In this document: in pieces, positions 36,620 through 46,871 of the stretch
Numbering within the stretch: position 1 is the first letter of the stretch
Layout of the letters: each line of letters begins with the position of its first letter
NCBI GenBank assembly: GCA_964490935.1
Contig: CAZBEO010000005.1
Coordinates: forward strand, 7,040 to 71,039
Direction of reading: 5' to 3'
Source of the DNA: an uncultured Verrucomicrobiota bacterium
GTDB lineage: Bacteria > Verrucomicrobiota > Kiritimatiellia > RZYC01
Length of the DNA: 64,000 nt
Position numbers and translations under genes: made by a program
The notes under the pieces: model-generated
The model's input: only the letters and a program-made list of their open reading frames with translations
Database searches by the model: none
What the model was told of the DNA's origin: nothing

Positions 36620-38164
36620 CTATAAATCCAGCGGGCGGGCATGATGACAGTCGGAGATCAGGTGATAGCACTGGTCGATAATGGGTTGGATGCCCGCCTG
36701 AGGAGGCAGCTTTTTGCGGCAGGCTTTGAGCAGCTCAATGGCTTCGCGGCCTTTTGCTTCGGCTTCACCCAGCAGCGCTGGGTTCTTCCGGGTCGAGATG
36801 TATTCCTGATAGATACGGCGTGCTTCCCGGTACAGTTCGAGTCCTTGCTGATAGGAAGGGTCTGATTTCCAGTCGGCGGGTTGAGCGGCGACCGGGGCGG
36901 TGGCCAGCGGTTCCTCTACCGTCGGCACAGTCGTTGGCGGGAGCGGCATGGGCGCCTGCGGCATGAGTTGAGTGGTCAGGTGCTGTTCCTGCTGCGAGGC
37001 GGGCAGTGTTCCATGCAGGTAGTAATCAATATAATCCAGACCGTTTTCAAGATGTGTTCGCAACACGGGACCCAGCTCCGTATACTGAGCGGCAGCGAAA
37101 ATACCCGTTCCGAGCAGCAGCAGAAAGAGCAGCTTGGGCAGACATCCCGAAGCACCGTAGGAGCGCGGCGCCTTCGCCTGCTCCAAGTCGGTTTTTTTGA
37201 TGCGGATTTGTTTTTTCGCGGTGGGGGCAACCGGTTCAAGCTGTTTTTCTTCGGGCAACGGCGGGGGAAGTATAAACGGGCGTGAGAGCCGCACCGTACT
37301 GTGCCCGAACGGACAGCGGGGGCAGGTCAGAGGCAACTTCTTTTTGAGAGCGTGTAGGTCTTTCAGCAGTTCCTTCCAATCCGCATATCGGTCTGTCAGC
37401 GTCTTGGCCATCATTTTATGAATGACGGAGGTCGCGGCATCGGAAACATTTGGGTTCAGGTCCCGCGGGTCTTCCAGACGGCCGAGGAGCTGCTGCTCCA
37501 GAATGTCAGCGGGTTCCAGGTGCCCGAAAGGCGGTACGCCGGTGACTAGTTGGTAAAACGTGGCGCCAAGACTGTAAATATCGGTTCGGCAGTCCAACGC
37601 CTCTTTATTGCCCACATACTCGGGTGAGGCATAGTTGGGCGTACCCACGAAGTCGTCGGCATCGCCTCCGGCGGACATCACATTAAGAACTTGGGCGATG
37701 CCCAGATTGCCCACCCGAACATCACCGGTTTCCGACAGTATAATATTATCCGGCTTGATGTCGCAGTGAATGACTCGATGTTCTTTCCAAGCGTATTGCA
37801 GTGCTAGGGCGACCCATTGCACAATGGCCAAGGCCTCGTCCTCGGACATGACCGAAACGAAATTCAACTGTTCGCGCACCGAACGCCCTTCAATATATTC
37901 CAGCACAATATAGGCAAAGGGACCGAATTCACCGGCATCAAAAACCTGTACGATGCCCGGATTTTTCAATCGGGCGGCGGCAGTGGCTTCGCGCCGCAAT
38001 TGCGCGAGCGATTCGGCATTGGTTGAAGCGGTGACCGCCAGTATTTTGATTGCCACGAAACGGTCCAGCGAAATTTGGCGGGCCTTCCACATCGTCATGC
38101 CGTCTTCTTCGCCCAGCATCTCAAGTATTTCGTAACCGGGTAGTTCAGGCTTTATCATTTGCAT
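36620..38164 (-). CDS. Hanks-type Ser/Thr protein kinase with transmembrane segment and C-terminal extracytoplasmic domain
   Basis: VAIK (Lys), HCDIKPDNIIL catalytic loop, DVRVGNLG (DFG variant) and GTPNYASPE activation segment. Confidence 0.85.
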   Translation of the reverse strand: MQMIKPELPGYEILEMLGEEDGMTMWKARQISLDRFVAIKILAVTASTNAESLAQLRREATAAARLKNPGIVQVFDAGEFGPFAYIVLEYIEGRSVREQLNFVSVMSEDEALAIVQWVALALQYAWKEHRVIHCDIKPDNIILSETGDVRVGNLGIAQVLNVMSAGGDADDFVGTPNYASPEYVGNKEALDCRTDIYSLGATFYQLVTGVPPFGHLEPADILEQQLLGRLEDPRDLNPNVSDAATSVIHKMMAKTLTDRYADWKELLKDLHALKKKLPLTCPRCPFGHSTVRLSRPFILPPPLPEEKQLEPVAPTAKKQIRIKKTDLEQAKAPRSYGASGCLPKLLFLLLLGTGIFAAAQYTELGPVLRTHLENGLDYIDYYLHGTLPASQQEQHLTTQLMPQAPMPLPPTTVPTVEEPLATAPVAAQPADWKSDPSYQQGLELYREARRIYQEYISTRKNPALLGEAEAKGREAIELLKACRKKLPPQAGIQPIIDQCYHLISDCHHARPLDL

Positions 38165-38375
38165 GGTGAGATATATTTCACGAGCCGTTCAGAGCTCATA
38201 CTCCCTCGTTGATTTCCAAGTCCAGCGGCATCGCCCAACATGGCGGAAGCCGCTAAATTGATAGAATTCATAAAGAAAACCGGAGCCGTTTTCAAGCAAA
38301 GTTCTGCATTGATTCACGACATTCCGGCGAAGGTTGGAAGATCATCGGACTTTTTCCCGGCACCCGGCAGGCACA

Positions 38376-38885
38376 TCAATAGGAAGGGGAATGCGCAAAA
38401 CGCCTGTAGGACCTGGAGTATCTAGGCCGCCGCTCACACATGTTATTCATATGAAACTGCTCTATCGATGTGCGTGCACAGCGTATGGAATGCCTGACCG
38501 AAGAGCGTTGTTTTCTCGCTTTCCGTGCCGCATAACGCGCTTGGATGGAGGAATGGGAATGCAATTCGCAGGAGTGGGTACTAAGTTGCCGCCGCCTTGC
38601 CTTCACCCGCATCTGAAAAAGCACGCGTGTCATCAGCGTAAGGGAAAAACCGAATATGGCCAGCAGCGTCAGCTTGTTTTTTTCCATGCTGTACAGTGGT
38701 TCAAGCAGAGCGCCGGCATCACGTGGGGCCGACTCGCTGAGCGGGGGCGGAATCGGCATTGAAAGCTCAACCAACAGGTCATCGCACATCAGTGCCTGAT
38801 GATCCTCCTCCGCCTCTCCGGCCAACACGACCATAGCCGAAGACAGCATCCATATGCCGAGCAAAACTATGACTACGCTTTTCAT
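38376..38885 (-). CDS. Hypothetical small exported protein
   Basis: Signal peptide MKSVVIVLLGIWMLSSAMVVLA. The distal half looks like read-through and the true stop is uncertain. Confidence 0.25.
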   Translation of the reverse strand: MKSVVIVLLGIWMLSSAMVVLAGEAEEDHQALMCDDLLVELSMPIPPPLSESAPRDAGALLEPLYSMEKNKLTLLAIFGFSLTLMTRVLFQMRVKARRRQLSTHSCELHSHSSIQARYAARKARKQRSSVRHSIRCARTSIEQFHMNNMCERRPRYSRSYRRFAHSPSY

Positions 38886-39284
38886 GATGGCAACCCCTTG
38901 GAACAGGTTCTTTTCTACTCTGTTATTTCCTGCAATTCAATATGTTTTCGAGTCATATACTTTTCAATTGATACCCGTCTTCAGGACAGATCATCCAAAA
39001 GAACAGGCCGATATGTAGCATAGAACTATACTGGTGTCTATAATAAAAAAGCAAAAAATTGAGAGCATATCTTCAATTACTTAATGTTTTTAGGTGAGCC
39101 CAGATAAAACGGTTTCAATCTATCATACATCTATGCCGCATAAGCGCTGGGAACGAGTCCGCTTGGTATCACGGGATACCCAAAGGTTTTCCCTGTCGCC
39201 CAATTGACGTTGCCGCCTCTTCGGGTTACATTACGCCCCATTGTGTCGGACGAGATCAACCACCAAGAGAGGACGATAACGATC

Positions 39285-40364
39285 ATGAGCAGGATATATA
39301 ATTTTAGTGCGGGCCCGGCGATCCTACCGGAAGAAACCATCAAAGAGGCCCAGGAAAAGCTTTTTGACTACCAAGGTTGCGGCATGTCCATCCTCGAGGT
39401 GAGTCATCGCGGCAAGGAATATGCGGCCGTACACGAAGAGCTGAAGGACAACCTGAAGAAGGTGGCGAACATCTCTGATGACTACTCCCTGTTGTTCCTG
39501 GGCGGCGGCGCGACCACGCAGTTTGCCATGGTGCCGATGAATCTTCGCGGTGAAGGTCAATCGGCTGATTATGTCCACACAGGTGCCTGGGCGGGCAAGG
39601 CGATCAAAGAAGCCAAGGTGCTGGGTGCCACAAAGGTGGTTGCCGATACCTCGAAGGAGCAGCCAGCCTGCATTCCGGATGCTTCCTCTATTAAGGCGTC
39701 GGACGGCGCGGCCTATCTGCACATCACCTCCAACGAGACCATCGGCGGCACACAGTGGCGCAGCTATCCCAAGGTGGATGCGCCGTTGGTTGCGGACATG
39801 TCTTCGGATATTTTCTGCCGTCCGGTGGATATCAATTCGTTTGGGCTGATCTATGCGGGCGCTCAGAAGAATCTGGGTCCGGCGGGCGTGACGCTTGTGA
39901 TTGTCCGTAAGGACCTGGCCGAGCGGGTATCCGATAAGATACCGAATATATTCCGTTACAAGAGCCATATTGCGCAGGATTCTCTGCTCAACACGCCGCC
40001 GTGCTTTAGCTGCTACATGCTGATGTTGACCACGCGCTGGATTATGAAGGAAGGCGGGCTGGCGGCCATCGGCAAGCGCAACGAGGAGAAGGCGGCCAAG
40101 CTGTATGCGGCGATTGACTCGACGGAATTTTATCGGGGCACGGCCTCGCTGGAATCGCGCTCCATCATGAACGTGACGTTCCGCCTGCCGTCCGAGGAGT
40201 TGGAAGCGAAGTTCATCAAGGACGCGGGGAGTCAGAACATGAAGGGCCTGAAGGGACACCGGGATGTCGGCGGCATACGCGCCTCCATCTACAACGCCTT
40301 CCCGGCGGCCGGCGTGGATGCCTTGATTGCCTTCATGAAAGAGTTTGAAAAGGCCAACGGATAA
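39285..40364 (+). CDS. serC: Phosphoserine aminotransferase
   Basis: MSRIYNFSAGPAILP N-terminus and PLP-Lys region GLIYAGAQKNLGPAGVTLVIVR. Confidence 0.9.
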   Translation: MSRIYNFSAGPAILPEETIKEAQEKLFDYQGCGMSILEVSHRGKEYAAVHEELKDNLKKVANISDDYSLLFLGGGATTQFAMVPMNLRGEGQSADYVHTGAWAGKAIKEAKVLGATKVVADTSKEQPACIPDASSIKASDGAAYLHITSNETIGGTQWRSYPKVDAPLVADMSSDIFCRPVDINSFGLIYAGAQKNLGPAGVTLVIVRKDLAERVSDKIPNIFRYKSHIAQDSLLNTPPCFSCYMLMLTTRWIMKEGGLAAIGKRNEEKAAKLYAAIDSTEFYRGTASLESRSIMNVTFRLPSEELEAKFIKDAGSQNMKGLKGHRDVGGIRASIYNAFPAAGVDALIAFMKEFEKANG

Positions 40365-40385
40365 TTCCGTCTTTTCACCATTGAA

Positions 40386-40428
40386 ACGCACGGAGAGGTG
40401 GTATACACCTCTCCGTGCGTTTTCTTTT
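40386..40428 (+). terminator. Rho-independent terminator after serC
   Basis: 15-bp stem ACGCACGGAGAGGTG/CACCTCTCCGTGCGT followed by TTTTCTTTT. Confidence 0.8.
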
Positions 40429-40433
40429 AGAGT

Positions 40434-40508
40434 GCGCCCGTAGTTCAATGGATAGAGCGCTAGCCTCCGAAGCTAGAAATATGGGTTCGAATCCCGTCGG
40501 GCGCACCA
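40434..40508 (+). tRNA. tRNA-Arg (anticodon CCG)
   Basis: Acceptor GCGCCCG/CGGGCGC, anticodon stem CTAGC/GCTAG with loop CUCCGAA, T-loop GGTTCGAATCC, encoded CCA. Confidence 0.9.
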
Positions 40509-40558
40509 TTTTTCCAATTCATCCTTCCCGTTCTTGATCGCCCTCGGCGGGGAGGCGC

Positions 40559-42028
40559 TCACGGAGCTTCAGGTGCTGATTCCGTTGGAATAATACAGGA
40601 ATAGCTTTCTTCGTTAAACGGGTCCTGCACGCGATCAAGCACGGCGTAAGGCTCGAAGTCGGCTTCATGGCCCTCCAGCAGATGCCGACTGATCACCAGA
40701 GCGTTCAGACGTTGTTCTTTCCATGCCCGTACGGCCTCCGCCGCCGTCATGCTTTCTGTCTGTTCAAAGTAACATAAAAAGCCTTCAGCGGAAGGACCCG
40801 CCACCGCGAGGCGCTCCCGGGGAATCTGTGCGGCGATCCGGGTGGAAAAGAGACGTAGGGCGTGGGTTTGCTTGCGCCAATCGTTGCCCGTTTCGGAGAG
40901 ACCATAGGCCGTCCAAAGGCAGGTTCCGAGGACGATGACGCCGGTCACGAGCCGACGGTAATTCAGGCCCAGCAGGCGGGCCTTATCATAGAGCGAAGCG
41001 AAATAGACCAGCAGGAGCGCGAGCGGGGGAAGCAGGGGAAAGAGTCGGTCGCTTCGTTTATCCGGAATGGCAGAGATCACCAGCAGTCCGCCCAGCGTCC
41101 AGCACGCCAGCCACACGAACACCGGGTCTTTCCAGCAGGTTTTCAGGCGTTTGACCTGGGTTCCGGCCAACAGAATCAGAAGTAGGCTCCAAGGCGACCA
41201 GCGATGTAGAATGTGGGCGACGTAATAAAGAAACGGCTTGGCGGTTTTTCCACCCTCGGAGGGTTGAAATGCGGAGGCCATTTCACCGACAACGATCTGT
41301 TCGTAGAATCCCGGATAGCGCCACACGGCCCAGACCAGGGTGCCGAGGAGCAGAAGAATCGGCACCAGAAGGGCCGTCCACCCCGGCCAGGCCCGATTGG
41401 GTTCGCCCCGCTTGCGCTGAATCAACGCGAAGGCCGCCAGGCCGGGAAGCAGAAAAGCATAGACGGTGTGTCCCTTGGTGAATACGGCTGCCAGGATGGC
41501 CAGAAAAAAGAAGAACACCTCCCGTCGCGACCAAGCCTGTTTCCGTTCGATGTGGTTCAGAATCATCAGGCCCGGAATAAAACAGAAGAGGGCCAGCAGC
41601 ATATCGGTTCGGACGAGCGTGGCGATGCGTACCGTCATCATATTAAATGCGAAGGCCGCCACTGCGAGCGCGGCACCCAGCGACCCGCCCAGACGGAGAC
41701 CGCAGCGGTACATCAGCAGAAGCAGAACCACGGCGGCGGCAAACAGGGGCAGGCGAAGGGCGACATCCCAGCCGACGCCCGGGATGTAATAGCAGGCCGC
41801 CTGAAGCCAGGCGGTGAGTGGCGGTTTAGTGGCGTAACCTCCATACGGCAATTCCTGAAGCAGCCAATGACCGTTTTGTACGATGTCCAGCGCGGCATAG
41901 GCTTGTCGCGCCTGATCATAGTTATCCAGATGCCAGGGAAGATTGCGCACGACGAAGAGCAGAAGAGCCCCCCCGATCAGGGCGTAAAGTCCTAGGCGGA
42001 TCGACTTGCTGTACGGGTTGGTTGTCAT
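40559..42028 (-). CDS. GT-C fold glycosyltransferase (ArnT/PMT-like, GT39/GT83 family), paralog 1
   Basis: 489 aa, about 11 transmembrane helices. N-terminal loop with Asp/Glu (HLDNYDQARQ) and KPPLTAWL motif. Confidence 0.65.
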   Translation of the reverse strand: MTTNPYSKSIRLGLYALIGGALLLFVVRNLPWHLDNYDQARQAYAALDIVQNGHWLLQELPYGGYATKPPLTAWLQAACYYIPGVGWDVALRLPLFAAAVVLLLLMYRCGLRLGGSLGAALAVAAFAFNMMTVRIATLVRTDMLLALFCFIPGLMILNHIERKQAWSRREVFFFFLAILAAVFTKGHTVYAFLLPGLAAFALIQRKRGEPNRAWPGWTALLVPILLLLGTLVWAVWRYPGFYEQIVVGEMASAFQPSEGGKTAKPFLYYVAHILHRWSPWSLLLILLAGTQVKRLKTCWKDPVFVWLACWTLGGLLVISAIPDKRSDRLFPLLPPLALLLVYFASLYDKARLLGLNYRRLVTGVIVLGTCLWTAYGLSETGNDWRKQTHALRLFSTRIAAQIPRERLAVAGPSAEGFLCYFEQTESMTAAEAVRAWKEQRLNALVISRHLLEGHEADFEPYAVLDRVQDPFNEESYSCIIPTESAPEAP

Positions 42029-42078
42029 CGTTGAATCCCTCCCTGTTTTGGCGGAGTGTTATACAGCAACGTGCAGCA

Positions 42079-43806
42079 CTACGGAAGAAATTCATACAAC
42101 TTCCATGCGGGCACCGTGCCGTCCTCAAACGTAAAAACATACTGGAAGCCCCACGATTCAAGCAGTTGACAACGTTTCGGCACATCCCGCACACAGACCC
42201 GGCCCGGCACGCCGCGAAGTGTTTTGGCCCGTATGGCCTCGGGCGTTCGCGGCAGTATGATGTCCCGATAATAAATCAGAAATTCCTTGTCGGGATCGCG
42301 GTCGCGTTTGGGCAGACAGAAAGGATCGATTCGTTTTTCATCGGGGATGATCGAGTAATAGTGGATTGGCAGATCGGCGCAATAGCCCGCCAAGCGTTCG
42401 GCATCGGCGCGGTGCGGATAAATGCCGTTGTCTTCGGAAATGGCATAAGTGTAATAGCCGACGGTGGAGGCGGCCAGCAGCAGAAAGGCCGTGATGCAGG
42501 CCGACCGGATGACCGCGCCCCGCCGATAGGCCCGCAGGGCGATGAGCCAACCGATGATCAGAAAGACGCCCAGCAGCACCGCCGCCCAAGGCGCCACGCC
42601 CGGCAAATGCGGGAAATACTTCAGGGGATGAGAACCATCCACGGCATAGCGGGATTGAAGCAGCAAGGTCGCCGACAGCGCCAGCAAGGCCGTCCCCAGT
42701 GCCGTCCAGTGAATGATCGCCACCAACCGGATGCCAGCACGCCGATGCAACGCGGTAAAATGCTTTTCAAGCACCCCGAAATACAGCGCCGTCAAAATAC
42801 CCGCTGCCGGAATCAGTGGAAGAATGTAGCGCGCATTCTTGGCGTGTGAAAAAGAAAGCAGCACGAGACCAGACGCCAGCCAAAGCCACGGAGGAAAAAA
42901 GACCCGGCGCGAGGCAACAGTCTTCGCGCGAAACGGAAGAAGCAGCGCGGGCAGAAACCAAACCGACCAGGGAAATAGCAGCGGCACCAGACCGGCGTAA
43001 TACCAGCAAGGTGCCGCCTCGGCCTGGGCTGGAAAACGATATTCGCGAACAACCCAGGCCCAAGCTTCGGGATGATGCAGAAAGATGTAGGCGTACCAGC
43101 TCGCGAAAAGCAGCAGGCCCAGCAGCGCGGCGGATGCAAGACCCGCAAGAGCGGCCAAGCGGTGCGGACGCCACGCCGCCGCAAACACCACCAAAGGAAG
43201 CAAAACAAAAAGCAGGGCGATAGGGCCTTTGGTCAACAGGGCCGCGCCAAACGCGATGCCGCATGGCAGAAACCACCAGGTGCTGCTCTTCGTGCGCCGC
43301 CCGGTCAGGGCGAGGACGCCCATCGCCACCGCCAGCATACTCCAACCGAGCAGATGCGTATCATAGGTCGCAAAACGTCCCTGCCGGATAAACAGAAAAC
43401 TGCTTCCGACTAGGAGCAGGGCCAATCGCGCCAAGCGGTGCGTGGTCAACCGCGCAGTGATCAAGTAGGTGGAAGCTAAGGCGAGCAGAGCGAAGCCCGC
43501 CGCCAGCAGCCGGGCCAAACCGATCAGCACGTCCACCGAGGCATCGCCAGGTGCCAAACGCCAGGCCAGCAGATTCAACCAGACGAGCATCGGCGGCTTG
43601 TTCACGCGCGGGCGCCCGTTCCACGTTGGTGCCAACCAGGCTTGTTCTTCGCCTTGCTGCATACGCAGCCAGGCCTCCTGGCTCGACATGATGCTGAGGT
43701 TTTCCATGATGCGCGCCGGTCCGGAGGTGTCGTAATGCACCAGCAGCGGCAGGGCGCAGGCCGCCAGCAAAAGGATAAACAAAAGTAGATTTCGTCCGTT
43801 TCGCAT
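42079..43806 (-). CDS. GT-C fold glycosyltransferase (ArnT/PMT-like), paralog 2
   Basis: Start at MRNGRNLLLFILLLAAC. Shares KPPMLVWLNLLAW and NARYILPLIP motifs with paralog 3. Confidence 0.65.
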   Translation of the reverse strand: MRNGRNLLLFILLLAACALPLLVHYDTSGPARIMENLSIMSSQEAWLRMQQGEEQAWLAPTWNGRPRVNKPPMLVWLNLLAWRLAPGDASVDVLIGLARLLAAGFALLALASTYLITARLTTHRLARLALLLVGSSFLFIRQGRFATYDTHLLGWSMLAVAMGVLALTGRRTKSSTWWFLPCGIAFGAALLTKGPIALLFVLLPLVVFAAAWRPHRLAALAGLASAALLGLLLFASWYAYIFLHHPEAWAWVVREYRFPAQAEAAPCWYYAGLVPLLFPWSVWFLPALLLPFRAKTVASRRVFFPPWLWLASGLVLLSFSHAKNARYILPLIPAAGILTALYFGVLEKHFTALHRRAGIRLVAIIHWTALGTALLALSATLLLQSRYAVDGSHPLKYFPHLPGVAPWAAVLLGVFLIIGWLIALRAYRRGAVIRSACITAFLLLAASTVGYYTYAISEDNGIYPHRADAERLAGYCADLPIHYYSIIPDEKRIDPFCLPKRDRDPDKEFLIYYRDIILPRTPEAIRAKTLRGVPGRVCVRDVPKRCQLLESWGFQYVFTFEDGTVPAWKLYEFLP

Positions 43807-43938
43807 CGTCTTGTTCGCAATGATTTTTCGTTGGTATCCTGGTGCGTCCCATGCTACACCACGGCCTACGCAGTGAACAGTCGCAGGCGGAAAACACGGT
43901 TTATGCATAGCGAAAAAAGAACAACGAATCCATACGGA

Positions 43939-45615
43939 ATGCGGACTGTTTTCCTTCTTTGCGCGGTACTTCTTTTTGTGCTTCCGCCCTACGTGGTCTT
44001 CATGGGGCGACCTTCGCCGGTCCGTTCGATGGAAACGATCTGTATGCAAACCAGCCTCGAAACCTGGCTTCGTGTGGAGGCAGGCGAGCCAATGGCGTGG
44101 TGGAATCCGACCTGGGATGGCGGCGTCATACGTATTGAGAAACCGCCGATGCTGGTCTGGTTAAACCTGTTGGCCTGGCACGGCTATGCGCCGGATACCG
44201 TCACGGTGGAGCAATTGGCCTTTGGCTCACGCCTGATGACCATTCTGGTGGTGCTGATCGGTCTGGCCTCCGTTTTCTGGATCGGAGTTCAACTGCGCAA
44301 CCGCACCACGGGCCTGCTGGCGGCTCTCGCCACGGGAAGCACCTTTTTGCTGATTAAACAAACGCATTACGCCACCTACGACGCGCAACTCATGGGCTGG
44401 GCCACCTTGGCGGTGGCACTCGGTGTTCGTGCGGTGCGCGGGCGCAATCCGGAGGAGCGGGCGGCGTGGTCGTGGCTTTTCTGGGGGCTTGCCGGTGTCG
44501 CGCTGGGTGCCACGCTGATGACGAAGGGACCGGTGGGTGCCGTTTGGGTGCTTGCGCCGCTTGTGACCGCCATCGCGCTGCTCTCGCGCCGTCCCGTCCG
44601 CGATGCGGCAGGCCTCTGTTTGGCGGTGGCGCTCGGGTCGTTGATTCTACTGCCGTGGACGCTTCACACGCTCGACCTGCAATCACTCGCCCTGTCCTCC
44701 CTGGCCGATGAATACAAGCCGGTGGATACCGATCAGTTCCGCCCATTGTATTATTACGCCGGCATCGTGGCCTTTGTTTTTCCGTGGACCTTCTGGTGGC
44801 TCGGTTCGCTGGTCCATCCATTCCGCCGTAAAGAAGACGGGCGCGCCCGATTTTTTCCGCTGCTTTGGTTTCTGCTGCCTTTCCTTTTTGTGAGTGCGTG
44901 GCCGATGCGGAACGCACGCTACTTGGTGCCTCTGCTGCCGTCTGCGGGTTTGATGTGCGCGGTTTATCTGAACCAGGTGCTGCGCGAGGTGTCGCTCCAG
45001 AAAGGTCCGTCCCACCTGCTGCGTCTTTTTTGGGTGATTGCCGCCTTGATTTCACTCGTTGTTCCCGTGCTGATTTTGCTTCAGCCCTGGCTGATGACGC
45101 AGGGCGTGCTCGATGAGCCGTACATCGAGGGCATCTCCACGCTCGGCAGTCTGTTCGGATTGGCGCTGTTACTGCTGGTCTGTTCGGCGGGTTTTCGTTT
45201 CAGTGCCGTACCGTTGCGTCGGGTGAGTTTTTTGCTGGTGGGCATCTGGATGGTGGTGCTCGGCACCTTCGGCTATTACGGCTATTCCCTCGCCGGACAT
45301 CAGGCCTATCCCTGGCAGGCGCAGGCCGAACGGTTCGCGGAAGTCATTGGCGACGCCCCGGCCTATTTTCTGTATGAGGCCGACCGTGAAAATCCGCCCA
45401 AGCCGGAAATGGGTTTCGCTATTTATTCCTTTAAGATCATACGCCCCGTGACGACCGAACACCTCGAGAAGCTGTGCCGGAAAAACCAGACGCTCTTCCT
45501 GCTCGTTTCCGAGGACTCCACACGCATCACTCCGCAATCCGAGGACTGGAAATGGCTCGGACCTTTCGAGGACGATGATTTTCGCTGGAACCTCTTTTCA
45601 TTTAAAACGCCTTAA
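43939..45615 (+). CDS. GT-C fold glycosyltransferase (ArnT/PMT-like), paralog 3
   Basis: KPPMLVWLNLLAW and NARYLVPLLP motifs. Polytopic. Divergent from paralog 2. An alternative start at 43903 is possible. Confidence 0.65.
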   Translation: MRTVFLLCAVLLFVLPPYVVFMGRPSPVRSMETICMQTSLETWLRVEAGEPMAWWNPTWDGGVIRIEKPPMLVWLNLLAWHGYAPDTVTVEQLAFGSRLMTILVVLIGLASVFWIGVQLRNRTTGLLAALATGSTFLLIKQTHYATYDAQLMGWATLAVALGVRAVRGRNPEERAAWSWLFWGLAGVALGATLMTKGPVGAVWVLAPLVTAIALLSRRPVRDAAGLCLAVALGSLILLPWTLHTLDLQSLALSSLADEYKPVDTDQFRPLYYYAGIVAFVFPWTFWWLGSLVHPFRRKEDGRARFFPLLWFLLPFLFVSAWPMRNARYLVPLLPSAGLMCAVYLNQVLREVSLQKGPSHLLRLFWVIAALISLVVPVLILLQPWLMTQGVLDEPYIEGISTLGSLFGLALLLLVCSAGFRFSAVPLRRVSFLLVGIWMVVLGTFGYYGYSLAGHQAYPWQAQAERFAEVIGDAPAYFLYEADRENPPKPEMGFAIYSFKIIRPVTTEHLEKLCRKNQTLFLLVSEDSTRITPQSEDWKWLGPFEDDDFRWNLFSFKTP

Positions 45616-45667
45616 CATCTCCCAGCCTGAGCGTGTATACCATCATTTTTCCCGAAAGGAGTGGATC

Positions 45668-46612
45668 ATGATCGTTACACGGACCATGTTGTCTCTTGTT
45701 CTTCTCACTTTTTGCCTGAGCGGCCCAGCGCAAGCCTGGGGTCCCGAGGGGCACGGCATGATTGCCCTCATTGCCAACAGCTATCTGACGCCAACAACCC
45801 GCGAAAAAATGGAGGACCTGCTTGATGAAGACCGCCTCAGTGACCCCGAAGTTTCTTGCTGGCCGGATGAGATTCGGGGAATCAAGGAGTATAAAGAAAT
45901 ATATCCAAACAACGGGAAATGGCACTACATTGATTTCGATGCCGCTCTGCGTTACACCAAAAATTTCAAGCTAGAGATGCCCGAAGGAGAAGATAACGTC
46001 GTCCGTCAGATTCCTCGGTGGCAGAAGGTACTGGCCTCGCCGGATTCCACCCAGCAGCAAAAACTCGATGCCCTGCGCTTTCTTGCCCACTTTGTCGGCG
46101 ATCTGCACCAGCCCCTGCATGGTGTCTCCCGTTACAATGACATGGGCGGAAATATGCTTCCCGTGAACTCTTTCCAAGGAATACACTACTCCTTTGACGC
46201 CGATACCCCCATGGACTATCCGCCCAGCCTGCACAGCGTATGGGACACCTCTCTCGTCCTGGAACTTATGGGCAACCACCGATTCAAAACCGCTGCCCGC
46301 AAGCTGAGAAAAGAAATCAAACGCGACAACCTGCAACTCTGGTCGCAGGGCGATGCTTTCGACTGGGCAACGGAGAGCTACTGGATTGCCCGCAAGCACG
46401 CCTACTGCTGGACCGATGATAACCCCGTGCCCTTCAAGTGGGCCCGCCCCGGCATGGACCTGACCATGGACAACTACATCGCCTCGCAGCTCCCTTTTGT
46501 CAGCGAACAACTGAAAAAGGGCGGCGTCCGGCTTGCCCGCATACTGAACGAAGCCCTCGACCCCGAATATCAGCCGCCCGCGCCGCCCGCCGCGCCGCCC
46601 GCCGAAAAATGA
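45668..46612 (+). CDS. S1/P1-family zinc-dependent nuclease, secreted
   Basis: Signal peptide, then the mature N-terminus WGPEGHGMIA (Trp1 Zn ligand). HFVGDLHQPLHG His cluster. AAGGAG RBS. Confidence 0.8.
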   Translation: MIVTRTMLSLVLLTFCLSGPAQAWGPEGHGMIALIANSYLTPTTREKMEDLLDEDRLSDPEVSCWPDEIRGIKEYKEIYPNNGKWHYIDFDAALRYTKNFKLEMPEGEDNVVRQIPRWQKVLASPDSTQQQKLDALRFLAHFVGDLHQPLHGVSRYNDMGGNMLPVNSFQGIHYSFDADTPMDYPPSLHSVWDTSLVLELMGNHRFKTAARKLRKEIKRDNLQLWSQGDAFDWATESYWIARKHAYCWTDDNPVPFKWARPGMDLTMDNYIASQLPFVSEQLKKGGVRLARILNEALDPEYQPPAPPAAPPAEK

Positions 46613-46871
46613 TGCGTGGTTTGCGCCCCTACTTTGTCGGCTCAAGCAGTTTCGCCGAACCGATCTCGCGAAGCAGGAAGTAGTTGAGGATGGCCCGAAT
46701 GGCGCCAGCTGCGTTTGCACCGACTATGGCGTCTTTCAGGTACGTGAGCATCGCCTCGTGCTGGAAAAGTTGGAATAGGGATTGAACAGGGGCGGGAACA
46801 ATCGCTATACCGGACTGAGCCGGTGTTTCTTTGAGACAATATTTTGTGCAATAGCGGGAGGAGAACGAATT

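Noticed and set aside
41213-44049. Multiple internal and antisense ORFs (41213-41995, 42022-42849, 42767-43345, 43361-43897, 44390-45055)
   Set aside because: They are embedded in the three GT-C glycosyltransferase genes in other frames, with Arg/Pro/Ala-rich composition typical of high-GC out-of-frame translation.
45971-46720. 249-aa minus-strand ORF
   Set aside because: Antisense to the S1/P1 nuclease gene, with no motifs and Gly/Arg-rich composition.
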